A stretch of DNA of 64,000 bases from the human T2T-CHM13v2.0 reference genome, Homo sapiens (GCF_009914755.1 NC_060926.1); one strand, 5' to 3'. Positions 43,218 to 56,728 are shown, counted from the first letter of the stretch. Notes: generated from the sequence alone by a model not told the origin. Numbers and translations are program-made.

Positions 43218-43782
43218 TGTCCCCTGGGATCTGGGTCTGTGGCTCTTGGTGCTCCTGTTGTGTCATTCTATTCAAATTATTCTTCATCTTCTGGTTGGTG
43301 CTGGACAGAGGTCAGTCCAACCAGTAGTCCCCTTGATAAAACGCCCTCAACCTTGAGGCTGGAAACAAAACTTAAATTTATACTGCTCGTATTAGTTAGA
43401 GTTTTCTAGTGGGACAGAGCTAATAGGATAGATGTATAAATAAAGGGGAGTTTGTTAAGGAGTATTGACTCACATGATTACAAGGTGAGGTCACACAATA
43501 GGCTGTTTGCAAGCTGAGGAGCAAGGAAGGCAGTTCGAGTCCCAAAACCACAAAAGTAAGGATGCTGACAGTGCAGACTTCAGCCTGTGGTCCAAGGTCC
43601 AAGAGTCCCAAAGCTGAAGAACTTGGAGTCCGATGTTCAAGGGCAGGAAGCATCCTGCCCTTTTATCAAGGGAACTACAGGTTGGTTTGATCTTTGCCCA
43701 GTACTGAGTAGAAGAATGAAGAATATGAATAGAATGGAACAATAGGAGCACTAAGGGCCACAGACCCAGCTCCCAGTGGACA
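43218..43782. repeat. Inverted repeat: arms 43218-43341 and 43661-43782
   Basis: The reverse complement of arm 1 aligns end to end with arm 2 at roughly 80-85% identity by eye. Confidence 0.92.
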
Positions 43783-44034
43783 TCCAACAGTAGAGAAAGA
43801 TGTAGGCTGAGAGACTAAACCAGTCCAGTCTTTTCACGTTCTTCTGTCTGCTTTTATTCCGGCTGCATTGGCAGCTGATTAGATGGTGCCCACCCAGATT
43901 GAGGGTGAGTCTGCCTTTCCCAACCCACTGACTCAAATGTTAATCTCCTTTGGCAACAGCCTTACAGACACACCTAGGAAAATACTTTGCATCCTTCAAT
44001 CCAATCAAGTTGACACTCAATATTAACCATCACA
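43388..44034 (-). mobile_element. MLT2A (HERVL) solo LTR carrying a ~125-bp foreign insertion
   Basis: GTATTAGTTAGAGTTTTCTAGTGGGACAGAGCTAATAGGATAG...CAATCCAATCAAGTTGACACTCAATATTAACCATCACA. Consensus interrupted at GGAAGCATCC. Confidence 0.92.
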
Positions 44035-44039
44035 TTACT

Positions 44040-44460
44040 ATTCCCAAATACCAAAATTTACTTTATCTAGAAGGAAGCAAAACAGAATTCAACAGATTGG
44101 TTTGGTGGTTAACATAAAAAAGACAGAGGAATGTTTTTAAAGGCTTTGAAGTTTATTTAGTGAAGTTCTAGTCCAACTGATACTTCATGGTAGGCTTCCA
44201 TGCAATGATTCAAGTGTACAAAGTGTCTCCATTTTTAGTCCTTCCATCTTTTACAACCTTCCTCCAGAGTCCTTTTTCTTCTCTACGTTCTGATGAGTAA
44301 GAGAAAGAGGTAAAATAAATATTGTTGGCCTTTTTGTGGGTCCAGATGTCTATTCTTTCGGCCACTCAAATAAACTGCAGGGGGCTCTGAGTTGTGTAGT
44401 CAATCTCTGTTCTCAGTAAGAGATAACAGGATTAGTGAGCATTTACTCAGTCTCTAAAAT
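44040..44460 (-). mobile_element. Old MLT1-type LTR relic
   Basis: GGCCACTCAAATAAACTGCAGGGGGCTCTGAGTTGTGTAGTC...GTGAGCATTTACTCAGTCTCT. Confidence 0.5.
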
Positions 44461-44767
44461 AGAGTATACTCATCTTTATACGCCGATTAATATAACTTCA
44501 AAAGGTATGAAGCAAAAAATGATTTAAAAAATTTGTGGAATAACTAACCACTCCATAATTATGGTAGGGTACTTTAGACTTGTAGATTCTATGAATAAAT
44601 TATGCATATAAGATTTTACATTATTGATCTCAAGAGTTCCCCAGGAGTGGTATAAAGTATATTAAAGCACATATTTTTCATGAGTTAAAAGGATTTAAAT
44701 TAAGCAGTAAGTGCATCAGTTTTCTAACTGCACTTTCCATCATACCTAAACGTGTGGATGTGTGTCC

Positions 44768-44962
44768 ATACACACACACACACACACACACATATATACA
44801 CATACACATATATATATTCACTTATATATAAGTGTATATATGTGCATATGTACATATATACACCTAGATTATAGTGCATTGTTTCAAAATACAAAAGAAA
44901 TATTTCATATATATGTCCTGTATCATATATATGTCCTGTATATCATAAATATATATGATATA
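44768..44962. repeat. (CA)n/(TA)n low-complexity tract with a perfect 18-bp tandem duplication (44905-44940)
   Basis: CACACA run followed by TCATATATATGTCCTGTA x2. Confidence 0.9.
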
Positions 44963-45582
44963 TTTATTAGAATCTGAAAGTTCTGTGAAAACACTACACA
45001 AATTATTTATTAATCACATTTAAGTTGAAGTTACAAACCAATCAAGTTGTCTATTGTCATTTATTGATTGATCTTGCTTTTTTTTTTGAATGAAGGTTGA
45101 ACAACATGAAATGAACTTGTTACAGGAGGTGAGATTTAGGTTAGTATTTCTAATTAGAAGTATTTATAGACTTTAGAATAAATAGCTTAGGAAAGTTGTT
45201 AAACTTTCTTGAATTTCATTAGAAATAACACTAGTTTTTTTTTTTAATTTTGGCTTGATCTTACTGCATTTCAGGAGGTTCTAACTGATAAAACGATTTA
45301 GCATTCTGACTCTTCAGGCAAGTATTCTTACTCATGGAGAAGAAAAAGAGACGTTTTTATTCCACATGTCTACCTCTTTTTTTGCTGGCCCAGAGACCTA
45401 AGACATACGTTGTACATATCAAGCACAATTACCACTGTTTGTTTATATGTTCCCTCAAATATGAGCTCTTTGAGGAAAGAGACCAAATCTAATATTTTTG
45501 TGGTTCCACTACCTTCCAAATACTTGAATGTAGTGAATTTTCACATAGCTTATTTGTGGAATTTCACGTAAAAAGTGGCTCA

Positions 45583-45965
<383 letters not shown>

Positions 45966-46719
45966 TCACTTTACCTCTGTTTCTTAACACATCTATCCAT
46001 ACTAGAATACCTTGCTCTTCAGTCTTAAAATAGACTGGTCTTATTTCATCTGACATTAGTTAAATCTGTCTTTCAACAAGTGGGCATATCAGTGTCAATA
46101 TAAACTGTGAGAGTGATTCAATTTGTATGTCAATTGCTAATGCGGAGACCAAGGACCATTAATTCAAAAAAGATGAAATGTTTATTTGAAAGAATTCTTC
46201 CTGTCCTATTTATTCCAAATTTATGCACAGTTATTTCCTAATGTGATATTGGACCTCTGGCAAAGGGATAACATTTTCTTTTCTAACAACAGTCTTTCTC
46301 CCATATGTGGTAAAATATTAAAGAATTTAAGTATTTGCATTTATAATTCACTTCGCTGAGCTCTAGAAAAATGTGGATTTTTGGATTTCTGGCAGATAAT
46401 CTGCTTCCTTGTATCTCCATGCACAGGCTTCCCCATGATTTGTGTGCTGTACATTTACTTCTACTTTCCAATCTTCTTGTCACCAATTTTACTTTCTCTG
46501 ATCAGTCTTTTCTGTCACTCTCTCTGGAGTCCCATTTCTGTATGTCTCATAAAAAATATATTAGTTATCACCCCAAAAGACTCTCACCTTCTGTTTCTGT
46601 GCCTATCTACATGCAGACTGCTCTAATAGGCTTTACCTACTCTGCTTGCTACAGTTTACCCAGGTACAGGATTATTATTCAAGGTAGCTTCTCTGGGCCC
46701 CAGTGATCCCCTGGCCTTG

Positions 46720-47040
46720 TGTTAATGGGTTTTCTTCCTAAAGATGCAAATAACAGCTGCCTAAATTTCTGTTTTAATTGTCTCAAAAATGAGGCAATCT
46801 GGCATCCTCGCAGGGCCATAAATAATCCTCTGAAACCACTTAGAGAAATGTTCTATCACGATGGTTTTTCGGGGCTTGACTGTGAAACATGTGCAGTGCC
46901 AAGTAGCCACCATAAAACAGACCACATGTGTAGAAGGGAGTTAGCTGAAGGAAATTCCTCCCTAATTCTACCCCTTACTATATGCATAAAACCCATCTTC
47001 ATCAGTTAATATTATTCCAGCAGTGATGTTAGCACTCAAA
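46720..47040. promoter_or_regulatory. Candidate developmental enhancer (octamer, posterior-HOX and E-box cluster)
   Basis: ATGCAAAT at 46744, CAGCTG at 46754, CCATAAA at 46816 and 46910, GCATAAAA at 46984, CATGTG x2. Motif evidence only. Confidence 0.35.
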
Positions 47041-47539
47041 CACACTATCCAAAGGATCTTCTCAAGCATAAAGTTGGGGTAAGTTATCAAAATGAAAGTG
47101 GGGATGCACCTCTGCTGCAGTTGGGTTAATTTGGCTTACATCTTTAAAAAAATTTTCTAGCAAATTAGAAAAAGATTACGTTCAATCATTATTTGAGTTC
47201 ATTTTTCAAAACTATCCAAATAGTGACTCTAAGCCCTTTCATATTTTATGCTTGGAATTGTAAGAGTTTTAAAAAGTTCTTGACTGAAAATACAATTTTA
47301 CTATCATATATTAAATATGATATAGTTGACTCATTATGAAAACTAAATCAACTTTAAAAACAATGATAAGAATGTAAACCAAGCCTCAATATTTATAATC
47401 AGTATTCATATTTATTGTTATGTACACAGATATACAGTCTCTGAAGCATAGTAAGTAGTTAATATTTATTGAATACACAGGTTAACAAATATGACTGTTA
47501 ATACCATTATTAATTTCTCTGATAAAAGCATTGTATGTC

Positions 47540-47875
<336 letters not shown>

Positions 47876-48829
47876 CTAGACAGAGATTTAACATTCATCC
47901 AGAAATTAAATTTAGCCATTAGAAAATGAGTCAAGAAAGTCATACACTGCATGTGAGAATATCACAAAGTTATTGATATTCACAAGTCGGTAACTCTGAC
48001 ATCAAAAATACCAAGTAGTATTTTGTTTAAGAGGCGAAAAAGATGCAAAACACAGCTGATGAGCATTTTAGAGTGTGGGTAAACAGAGAACAAAGTTTCC
48101 ATCATGTAGAATACTCATTTTCACTGAGATTTTAAATCATAATATACCTTGATAAATAAGTACATTTTTTCATGAAAAAGGCTTTGGGGAATAGGACACC
48201 CTAGAGCAGGAGAAGGGTGGGCAGAATATGTGTCATGAGTCATTACTGTCAAAGTGTAGATGGTGACTGGATTATTCAGTGAGCCAGGCATGGATAGGGA
48301 TGAGGGAGATGAGGGAGAGAAAAGCAAATTATAAAAATACAGAACTTAGAGAAACTCAATTATCTGGTTCAGCCTTATGCTTTCAGAGAGCTTTGTTTAA
48401 AGCATTTATAAAAGAAAAGTTTATTCCTTAATTTAACAATTCCTAAGGGAAAAAGTAATATTGGAACAACATACCTTAGCAATCTGCATTATTTCTTAAA
48501 AATTTTACCCCCAACAGCACTTCTTAATATCTAATTCAAAATTTTGCCAAGTGACAAACTAATAAATTGTTCATGAAAATATTCAAATACTTATCAATCT
48601 ATTTTCCAAATTTTTAATTCCTTTTTATTGTTCCCTATTCAAAGTTTACAAAGTTTCCTAGGACATACTTTTTCCTGAATTCTCTGCATCAATTAATAAG
48701 AATGTCTGAGCCTCTTAGAAACAGTATCTGAATGTAAAGTCAGCTGAATATGGAAATAAATTAATCAAAAAATAATTATTAATTTTCACTTCAAGCCTGG
48801 ATAAATTCAAAGGAATGGAATTTCTGTTT

Positions 48830-51150
48830 CCACCTCAAACACCTGAAAAACTGAGTAAAACTTTAAAAACAACGTTCCTCAGATATTGGGCAACAGGTTG
48901 CATAGGAGGAGAGCCTGAGTGAGGAAAAATAAATGAAGTGACTTCGGTGATTGCCTCAGCTTCTTGCTCAGAGGCAGTTTCTAGGCTGTAATGCAGGAAG
49001 AGGAAACCTACAAAGAACCTGGTGGTCAGTAACATGAGGAGACAGAAATCAGAGCTTAGGAAAGTCACGTTGGCTACAATATGTGGCACAAGAAATGGAG
49101 AGGAAGTTGTTACACAGAAAGAAGGGTACAGAGACCTACAGAAGGGTCCCCTCAATTCTATGGAAGAGTACTGATCAATGCATGTGTTAAAGGAACTACG
49201 CAAGCTTGCAGAAAGACCTACCAAAAAAAAGGAAGGCTCAATAAGTCCCAAAGCTCAGACATAGCCCTGCAAGTAGTTTATATTACCACCAGCCAAAGTC
49301 AAAAAATCTCAGTAAATAAGGTTATCAGACAGACTGCAGAAAATACCACCTTAGTAGTACAGCCAAATAGCCATAGATTAAAGACTACTTGGTATTAACT
49401 TAACAAAGCTTAAAAGCAAGCCTCAAAAGTGTTAAACAAATTCCAAGTAATTTATCTACAAGCTAGAAAAATCTCAACACTATTTGAAGGAATGCAATAC
49501 TACCAAGAACCCCAGCATGCAACATCCAAATTATCAGACATCTAAGGAGCAGAAAAATATGACCCATAACCAGGAAAAATTCAATCTATACAAACAGACC
49601 CCTAAAGCACATAAATAGTGTTTAAGTTATAAGTTTTAACCAAAATTTTATTGTTAAACAGAGATTTTTAAAAATGTTTTCTAAGTGTTCAGAAAAGTGG
49701 AGGAAAACACAAACCTGATACAAAAAAAAAGAATGATACAAAAAAAGACAAAAATTCTAGGGAAAATTTAATGCTGGAAGTGAAAAACTATAGATGAAAT
49801 TAACAGCAACTAGATATTAAAGAATAAATCAGTAGAATTAAAGACCTAGTATTAGTAACTCCCCAAAATAAAGTACAGAAAGAAAGATTAAAAACAAAAC
49901 AAAACAAAAACAAAAAACTAGGGGACCAGTGATCTGTGGGAAAAATATCAGTGGACTACAATGTTCATAATTTTCCCCATAAAAGGAGAGAAAGGGAAGC
50001 AGATAAAAAGTGTGTATTAGAATATAAATAAATGGCTGGATTCAATTAGTCCATTTTCACACTGCTGATAAAGACTTACCCAAGACTGGGTAATTTATAA
50101 AGAAAAAAAGGTTTAATGGACTCACAGTTCCACATGGCTCGGGAGGTTTCACAATCATGGCAGAAGGTGAAAGGCATAGTGGCAGAAAGAGAGAATGAGA
50201 ACCAAGCAAAAGGGGTTCCCTTTATGAAACCATCAGGTCTCATGACACTTGTTCACTACCATGAGAACAGTCTGGGGAAACTGTCTCCATGATTTAATTA
50301 TCTCCCACTGGGTCTCTCCCACAACACATGGAAATTATGGGAGCTACCACTCAAAATGAGATTTGGGTGGGGACACAGTCAAACCATATCATGAATTTTT
50401 TTCAAAATTGTATGAATACTATAAACCCAGAGATTCTTAGAAATCTAAGAACCCAAAGCTGAACAAACATAAAACCACACCATGGCACTTTAAAATGAAA
50501 CTGCTAAAAACTAGAGAAAAGAGAAAATCTAAAAGTAGCCCAACAACAAAAAAAAGATTAGTACAAAGGAAAAAAGACTAAAGTAATAGCAGCCTTCTTG
50601 TCAAAATATATGCAAGCCAGAAGAAGCTAAAGTTAAATATTTAAAGTACTGAAAGAAATAACTGCCAACCTAGGATTTTAAATCCAGCAAAAAACGTATT
50701 TTCAAAAACGAAAGCAAAATAAAGACTCTGCAGGCAAATAAAAGGTAAGAGAATTTATCACTGGTAGACCTACACTATAAGATATGTTTGAGAGGTTATT
50801 CTGGCAGAAGAAAAATTCAGAATACCAGAAATGGTAAATATGTGTTTAACTACAAAAGACATTTCTTATTTTTTTAAATTTTCTTTAAAATACAACTGCT
50901 ATTTATACCAAAAGTAGTAAGATATTTTAGTGTTTACATATGTAGAATTAATATACCTGAGAACAGCAATGCAGAAGGTGGGAGGAAGTAGTACACTGTT
51001 ATAAGGTGCTTAGAGTATATGTGAAAAGATAGAATTTACTTCACTGTAGGCTGGGATCAACTAACACATCTGTATAAACTCCAGATTAATAAGCTATCTC
51101 CACTATAAAACAGAAACCTAAATACTCAATTAATTGGAAAGAAAATGAAG
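48830..51150 (+). mobile_element. Old L1M 5' region and ORF1 relic, interrupted by THE1
   Basis: GCAGAAAAATATGACCCATAACCAGG, ATGCAAGCCAGAAG, CTGCCAACCTAGGATTTTAAATCCAGCAAAA, GAGAATTTATCACTGGTAGACCTACACTA. Confidence 0.75.
50042..50391 (-). mobile_element. THE1B-like MaLR solo LTR
   Basis: ATTAGTCCATTTTCACACTGCTGATAAAGAC...GAGATTTGGGTGGGGACACAGTCAAACCATATCA. Confidence 0.93.
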
Positions 51151-51155
51151 TAGAC

Positions 51156-52882
51156 TGACTTCAAACTATAATATAAGTCTACAGTAACCAAAACAGCATG
51201 CTACTGGTACCAAAACAGATATATAGTCCAGTGGAACAGAATAGAAACCTCAGGAATAACACTATACGTCTACAGCTATCTGCTCTTCAACAAATCTGAC
51301 CAAGCAATAGGGAAACGATTCCCTATTTAATAAATGGTGCTGGGAAAACTGGCTAGCCATATGCAGAAAACAGAAACTGGACCCCTCTCTTAAACCTTAT
51401 ACAAAAATTAACTCAAGATGGACTAAAGACTTAAATGTAAAACCCAAAACCATAAAAGCTCTAGGAGAAAACCTAGGCAATACCATTCAGGACATAGGCA
51501 TGGGAAAAGACTTCATTACTAAAACACCAAAAGCGATTGCAACAAAAGCCAAAATTGACAAATGGGATCTAATCAAACTAAAGAGCTTCTGCACAGCAAA
51601 AGAAACTATTATCAGAGTGAACAGGCAAACTACAGAATGGGAGACAAGTTTTATAATCTACCCATCTGACAAAGGTCTAATATCCAGAATCTACAAGGAA
51701 CTTAAACAAATTTACAAGAAAAAGACAAGCTACCCCATCAAATAGTGGGCGAAGGATAGGAACAGACCCTTCTCAAAAGAAGGCATTTATGTGGCCAACA
51801 AATACATGAAAAAAAGTTCATCATCACTGGTCATTAGAGAAATACAAATCAAAACCACAATGAGACACCGTCTCATGCCTGTTAGAATGGCGATCATTAA
51901 AAAGTCAGGAAATGGCTGGGTGCAGTGGCTCACACCTGTAATCCCAGCACTTTGGGAGGCCGAGGCAGGCGGATTACAAGGTCAAGAGATCGAGACCATC
52001 CTGGCTAACACGGTGAAACCCCATCTCTACTAAAAATACAAAAAAATTAGCCAGGCGTGGTGGCGGGCACCTGTAGTCCCAGGAGGCGGAGTTTGCAGTG
52101 AGCTGTACCCCAGCCTGGGTGACAGAGCCAGATTCCATTCTCAAAACAAAACAAAACAAAAAAAAAAAACAAAAAACAGGAAACAACAGATGCTGGCAAG
52201 GCTGTGGAGAAATAGGAGTGCTTTTACACTGTTGACGGGAGTGTAAATTAGTTCAATCATTGTGGAAGACCGTATAGTGATTCTTCAAGGATCTAGAATC
52301 AGAAATTCCATTTGACCCAGCAATCCCATTACTTGGCATATATTGAAAGGGTTATAAGTCGTTCTACTATAAAGACACATGCACATGTATGTTTGCTGCA
52401 GCACTATTTACAATAGCAAAGATGTGGAACCAACCCAAATGCCCATCAATGATAGACTGGAAAAAGAAAATGTGGCACATATACTCCATGGAATACTATG
52501 CAGTCATAGAAAAGAATGAGTCCATGTCCTTTGCAGGGACATGGATGAAGCTGGAAGCCATCATCCTCAGCAAACTAACCCAGGAACAGAAAACCAAACA
52601 CTGCATATTCTCACTCATAAGTGGGAGTTGAACAATGAGAACACATGGACTCAGGGAGGGGAACATCACACACCAGGGCATGTTGGGGGGAGGTGGGGAA
52701 TAAGGGGAGGGAGAGCATTAGGGCAAATACCTAATGCATGTGGGGCTTAAAACCTACATGATGGGTTGACAGGTGCAGCAAACCACCATGGCACATGTAT
52801 ACCTATGTAACAAACCTGCACGTTATGCACATGTATCCCAGAACTTAAAGTAAAACAACAACAACAACAAAAGAAAACACGA
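51156..52882 (+). mobile_element. 5'-truncated L1PA7/8-like element, interrupted by an AluY
   Basis: ORF2 C-terminal pieces ([35 protein letters not shown]), 3' UTR GCATGTGGGGCTTAAAACCTA, (AAC)n tail, and a degenerate TSD (GAAAGAAAATGAAGTAGAC / GAAAGAAAATAGAGGTGGAC). Confidence 0.93.
51914..52172 (+). mobile_element. AluY-like with two right-arm deletions
   Basis: ACCATCCTGGCTAACACGG. TGTAGTCCC joined to AGGAGGCGGAG, and GAGCTG joined to TACCCCAGCC. TSD-like CAGGAAA on both sides. Confidence 0.92.
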
Positions 52883-52987
52883 AAGAAAATAGAGGTGGAC
52901 ATTAAGAGATAGTACAAAGATAAAACAAACTCACAAGGTGATAGATTTAACACAAAATATGCTCATCATTCCATTCAGTGTTCTTAT

Positions 52988-53284
52988 CGGCACTATTCAT
53001 TAGAGCTGCAATGCAAGCCACATGTATTTTAAATTTTCTAGCAGCTACATTTAAAAAGAAAAAAGAAACAGGCGAAAATAATTTTAATAATATATTTTCT
53101 GTAACTAGATATATACAAAATATTATAGTTTCAACATAATTGATTTTAAAATTATACAGTGTTTTACATTCTTTTTTTGTACTAAAGCTTTAAAACCCAC
53201 AGTGTATCCTACACCCAAGGCACATCTTCATGTCAAGTGCCCACTAGCCACATGTGGCTATTGGCTACATTATGAAACAGTACA
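52988..53284. mobile_element. MER33-like hAT-Charlie MITE
   Basis: TTTAAATTTTCTAGCAGCTACATTTAAAAAG...TAGCCACATGTGGCTATTGGCTAC. Confidence 0.8.
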
Positions 53285-53384
53285 ATTGTACACCATGACT
53301 GGGGTGGTGCTTACATGACTTAATACATTCATCAAAATTTATCAAATAGTACACTCAAAATTGATTAATTGTATTGTATTACAT

Positions 53385-54205
53385 TGATTCAGCCATGTAC
53401 ACAACACCCAGATCACAATATAGACTATTTCCATTATGCCTGAAAGTTCCTTCCTCACCCTTCACAGCTATTCCCAAACCTAGTCATCAACATCCACATA
53501 AATAAGCACTGTTTTGATTTCTACAATTGTGGATTAGTGCAGCTTGTTCTTGACCTTCATGTATATGAAGCATACATTATTTATTCTTTTGAGTTCACCT
53601 TGTTTTATTTGACATGGTCTTTGGGAGATTCATTTGTGTTGTGTGCATCAATAATTTATTCTATTTTTATCACTGAGTGATATTTCACTGTATAAATACA
53701 ATTTAGGTAACCATTTTTCTATTGATGGACATTTGGGATAATTTCAGTTTGGGGCTATTATGAACAAAGTCTCTGTGAACATTATTGTACACATATTTTT
53801 GTAACCATAAAGGTGTTTATCTTGATACCTAGTGATGAAATTGCTGTGTCATAGAGTAGGTACATGTTTACATGTTTATTAGGAAGTGCCAAACCATTTT
53901 ACAAAATGATAGTATCATTTAATACTCTCACTGGCAATGTGCAAGAATGACATTTGCTTCACATCCTTGCCAATGCTTACCATTGTGAGTTCTTTAACAT
54001 TTTAGTCATTCCAATAGGTATGTAGTGGTATTTCTTTGTGGTTTGAATCTGCATTTATTGGACAAATGATGATATTCAGCACCTTTTCAAATATTTATGA
54101 ACCATTTTGGTATCTTTTGTTGGTAAAGTCCCTGTTGAATTATTTTGCTCATTTTAGTTTTGGGACATCTATTTTGTTATTGATTTGTAGAAGTTCTTTA
54201 TTCTG
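53385..54205 (-). mobile_element. L1MC/ME-type 3' portion
   Basis: CTATTGATGGACATTTGGG...TTTCAGTTTGGGGCTATTATGAACAAAG and TTGCTTCACATCCTTGCCAA. Confidence 0.85.
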
Positions 54206-55169
54206 TCTCTGATCGTTCAAGTTTCTCTGTCCTATTATCTTTACAGGAGAGCATCCCAGTTTTGTTCTTTACATTGCTTGTCTGATTACTTAGTGTCTTA
54301 ATTTCTACCTTCCTGTAACTAATGCAGTTATTAATTCTCCTTTTTTATTTTAATACCCTTGATTTATCCAGCTCACTTTCTCTCAGTCGTACTTGACTCT
54401 GCATTCAATTATTTCATCATCTCACCTTTTATCTATTTGGCAAAATAGATAATTCAATATCTATTGAAAACAAAAACAGGCAAGTCTTAACTTTTGTCTG
54501 TTTTTAAATAACAATATAATTCAAAATGTTTTTTTTTTATCTCCAGCCAATTTAACTTATTTTAGCAAAATCCTTTTCAGTGCTATATAATTTCTCATTT
54601 TAGAGTGATTGATGCTTCTCAAAGCTTGGGTGGCTAATTTTTATTGGTTCTTTTCAATCTGCTACATTTGAGACTTAAAGCCAAAGGACACACAGAGAGA
54701 AGCAACTACAAATCACATTTCTCTGGTCTGATGATGATCCAGCTAGAATGAGGAAAGACGTTCTGTTTCCAAAGACTGGCGATACGACCATCAAAGGAGA
54801 AGTTTTTCTTCTGGGTTTTCCTCTGCTAGATACTGTGCTTGGAAAGCTGCAACACAGAATACACTACTCTCCTGGCTTGTATCCGTGTTTGCACTTTTTC
54901 TTATTGACTTCATTCCCTAATCTACCATTCCCCTCTATTATTCTGTCCCTAATATTTTTGCATTATTAAGACATAAGGAAACCAATTTGATACAAAGCAT
55001 GAGAGGCTATTCATCTGGCTGCCTCAGAAAGCAGATCATGGTCGATAGGTGAAGTGACTTCTGCCTGCTTACTGTATCAAATGACTTCTGTAACACTTGC
55101 TATGCCATCTTATATTTAACCTTTTAAAAAATGACTGCCAGTTAAACTCAGAGCTCATATATAGAACAT

Positions 55170-55345
55170 TATAACTATCAGGGCACTTTTTGCTAAGCTT
55201 TGTACGAAGCATTTCAGAAGCAGTACTTCCTTTCATTCTCAAGATAACATTTCCAATAAACGCTATTATCACCTCCATTTTACAGATGAGAAAACTGCTG
55301 ATTAAAGGCGTTAAGTGCATTGTCCAAAGTCACGCAGCAAGGTGA
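55170..55345 (-). mobile_element. MIR
   Basis: CTCCATTTTACAGATGAGAAAACTG...TTGTCCAAAGTCACGCAGC. Confidence 0.85.
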
Positions 55346-56070
55346 AAATAAATGAAAGTAAAAGTCTCAATAGGACTCTTAGTGGTATGAATACCAAATT
55401 GGTCAAATCTCTCCCATTCATCTTCATCATTTTCTTGTGGCTCCAACTCAATATTCATATGGCTTAAGAAGGATTGCCTAAGTCAATACTTTTTCATGGT
55501 GTTTCTTTTTCATCCTATGCTGTCCCCAACACAGATTTTGATGATGATAATAAGTTATCATGGACAGAGATGAGCACATCGATGGTAAAACAGACAGAAC
55601 TCATATTGCACCTGTTGTTCTACAACTCTAATTTTCATTTTTAAAAATTAGTAAAACCATTTAATAACATCACTTGGCTATCCTTTAAAATGCCAAATAA
55701 TAATGTAAATTTGCATATAGTTAACAATGCATACTCAAAAACAAGAACTATAAAACATATGCTCTGTGAAATGAATTTTCTTCTACTTTTTAAAATTATT
55801 CAGTGTCTTAATTTAAGTGTATAAAATGAACTTCTTTGTTAAAGATACTGTATAGGCAAAGTAAGGAAAGCATAAACCTTTCAATCTTAGAACAATTTTT
55901 ACAAGTGAAATGTAATTGCCTTTGTTAAACTAGACAGATTAACAAAAAAAATAAGTTTAAAAGAATTGTCCTAAACTTTCAGAACTGTGCATTTCTTATG
56001 TTATCACATTTATTTTATTTTTTTGTAAAGACACGACAGGAAGGGCAAAAACAAAATAATTCCAGATGTA

Positions 56071-56362
56071 TTTTTTTTTTTTTTTTTTGAGACGAAGTCT
56101 CACTCTTGTCCCCCAGGCTGGAGTGCGACATCACTATCTCGACTCACTGCAACCGCCGCCTCCCAGGTTCAAGCAATTCTCCTGCCTCAGCCTCCTGAGT
56201 AGCTAGTATTACAGGTGCCTGCCATCACACCTGGCTAATTTTTGTATTTTTAGTAAAGACAGGGTTTCACCATGTTGGCCAGCCTGGTCTTGAACTCCTG
56301 ACCTCAGGTGATCCACCTGCCTCGGCTTCCCAAAGTGCTGGGATTACAGGTGTGAGCCACCG
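56071..56362 (-). mobile_element. AluSq-like, ~10 nt 5'-truncated, TSD AATTCCAGAT(G/A)TAT
   Basis: Antisense Alu, with direct repeats starting at 56058 and 56363. Confidence 0.95.
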
Positions 56363-56651
56363 AATTCCAGATATATTCTAATAAAATTTTGTGTAGAGGG
56401 AGAAACTCAATTCATTCTACTATTCAATAGAAGCCACCCTATTTTAATGAACACTATAATGTTCTGCAATGGTAGAAGTTTTACATCTTCAAAGATCTTT
56501 CATTTCAAGTAGTTGCTCATTTATAGCTAAGATGTGACTTTCTTGGCAGTTCCTAAAAATTTTCCACCAAAATTTAGCATTATGTCACATGATATAACTT
56601 GCCACATGTAAACATTTCAGAGGTCATCAATTGTCTAGAAATACTACAGAC

Positions 56652-56728
56652 CAAGAGTTGGAAAACCTTTTCTAAAGGGCAAGGTAGTAAATAGATAAGG
56701 CTTTGTGGACCATTTTTCTGTTACAACT
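56652..56728. mobile_element. MER58A-like hAT MITE, first part
   Basis: CAAGAGTTGGAAAACCTTTTCTAAAGGGCAAGGTAGTAAATA...GGCTTTGTGGACCAT...CTGTTACAACT. Confidence 0.75.

Noticed and set aside
48835-49398. 138-aa and 105-aa overlapping ORFs
   Set aside because: They lie in an old L1 5' region, have no recognisable domain, and are of chance length.
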